Source of the DNA: Escherichia coli
Lineage (GTDB): Bacteria > Pseudomonadota > Gammaproteobacteria > Enterobacterales > Enterobacteriaceae
DNA length: 64,000 nucleotides
NCBI RefSeq assembly: GCF_016903815.1
Contig: NZ_CP069973.1
Strand: one strand, 5' to 3'
In this document: positions 63,239 through 64,000 of the stretch, one piece after another
Numbering within the stretch: the stretch's first letter is position 1
Layout of the letters: every line of letters begins with the position of its first letter
Made by a program: the position numbers and the translations under genes
Notes under the pieces: generated by a model
The model's input: only the letters and a program-made list of their open reading frames with translations
Databases searched by the model: none
Told to the model about the DNA's origin: nothing

Positions 63239-64000
63239 ATGACGCAATCTCGATTACATGCGGCGCAAAACGCACTAGCAAAACTTCACGAGCGCCGAGG
63301 TAACACTTTCTATCCCCATTTTCACCTCGCGCCTCCTGCCGGGTGGATGAACGATCCAAACGGCCTGATCTGGTTTAACGATCGTTATCACGCGTTTTAT
63401 CAACATCACCCGATGAGCGAACACTGGGGGCCAATGCACTGGGGACATGCCACCAGCGACGATATGATCCACTGGCAGCATAAGCCTATTGCGCTAGCGC
63501 CAGGAGACGAGAATGACAAAGACGGGTGTTTTTCAGGTAGTGCTGTCGATGACAATGGTGTCCTCTCACTTATCTACACCGGACACGTCTGGCTCGATGG
63601 TGCAGGTAATGACGATGCAATTCGCGAAGTACAATGTCTGGCTACCAGTCGGGATGGTATTCATTTCGAGAAACAGGGTGTGATCCTCACTCCACCAGAA
63701 GGAATCATGCACTTCCGCGATCCTAAAGTGTGGCGTGAAGCCGACACATGGTGGATGGTTGTCGGGGCGAAAGATCCAGGCAACACGGGGCAGATCCTGC
63801 TTTATCGCGGCAGTTCATTGCGTGAATGGACCTTCGATCGCGTACTGGCCCACGCTGATGCGGGTGAAAGCTATATGTGGGAATGTCCGGACTTTTTCAG
63901 CCTTGGCGATCAGCATTATCTGATGTTTTCCCCGCAGGGAATGAATGCCGAGGGATACAGTTACCGAAATCGCTTTCAAAGTGGCGTAATACCCGGAATG
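63239..64000 (+). CDS. cscA: Sucrose-6-phosphate hydrolase / invertase (GH32), 5' part only; continues past the window end
   Basis: Open frame from ATG 63239 to the window end: [48 protein letters not shown]... with the GH32 'WMNDPNG' catalytic motif. Confidence 0.9.
   Translation, partial: MTQSRLHAAQNALAKLHERRGNTFYPHFHLAPPAGWMNDPNGLIWFNDRYHAFYQHHPMSEHWGPMHWGHATSDDMIHWQHKPIALAPGDENDKDGCFSGSAVDDNGVLSLIYTGHVWLDGAGNDDAIREVQCLATSRDGIHFEKQGVILTPPEGIMHFRDPKVWREADTWWMVVGAKDPGNTGQILLYRGSSLREWTFDRVLAHADAGESYMWECPDFFSLGDQHYLMFSPQGMNAEGYSYRNRFQSGVIPGM

Overview
This window looks like an Escherichia coli chromosomal segment (sixA-fadJ-fadI-yfcZ-fadL-yfdF-mlaA-yfdC-argW) followed by a tandem array of horizontally acquired elements at the tRNA-Arg gene argW. 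All calls come from reading the sequence and ORF translations against remembered protein families; no database search was run. Element 1 (about 10.8-50.0 kb) is a mosaic lambdoid prophage: a P4-type integrase (IntS-like) next to argW, a small conversion-like module, a P22/Sf6-like morphogenesis block on the minus strand, lambda-type lysis genes, a nin region, a phage-434-type immunity region with recognisable operators, lambda-like N/nutL, and an AlpA-type excisionase at the far end. An IS2 copy with a 5-bp target duplication has split an HNH endonuclease gene inside the structural operon. Element 2 (about 50.0-60.35 kb) is a small integrative island with its own P4-type integrase, AlpA, a putative HUH Rep protein and a serine recombinase. 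It carries an AT-rich, translationally coupled two-gene operon (55408-58874, minus strand) encoding an 821-aa protein with four N-terminal transmembrane helices and a 330-aa soluble protein, neither of which I can assign to a known family. That operon is the best candidate for an undescribed system, most plausibly anti-phage defence, but this is inference from context only. The 16-23 bp 3' end of argW recurs at about 50.03 kb and 60.33 kb, marking the element junctions. The window ends with the sucrose utilisation genes cscB, cscK and the start of cscA. No CRISPR array or rRNA was seen.
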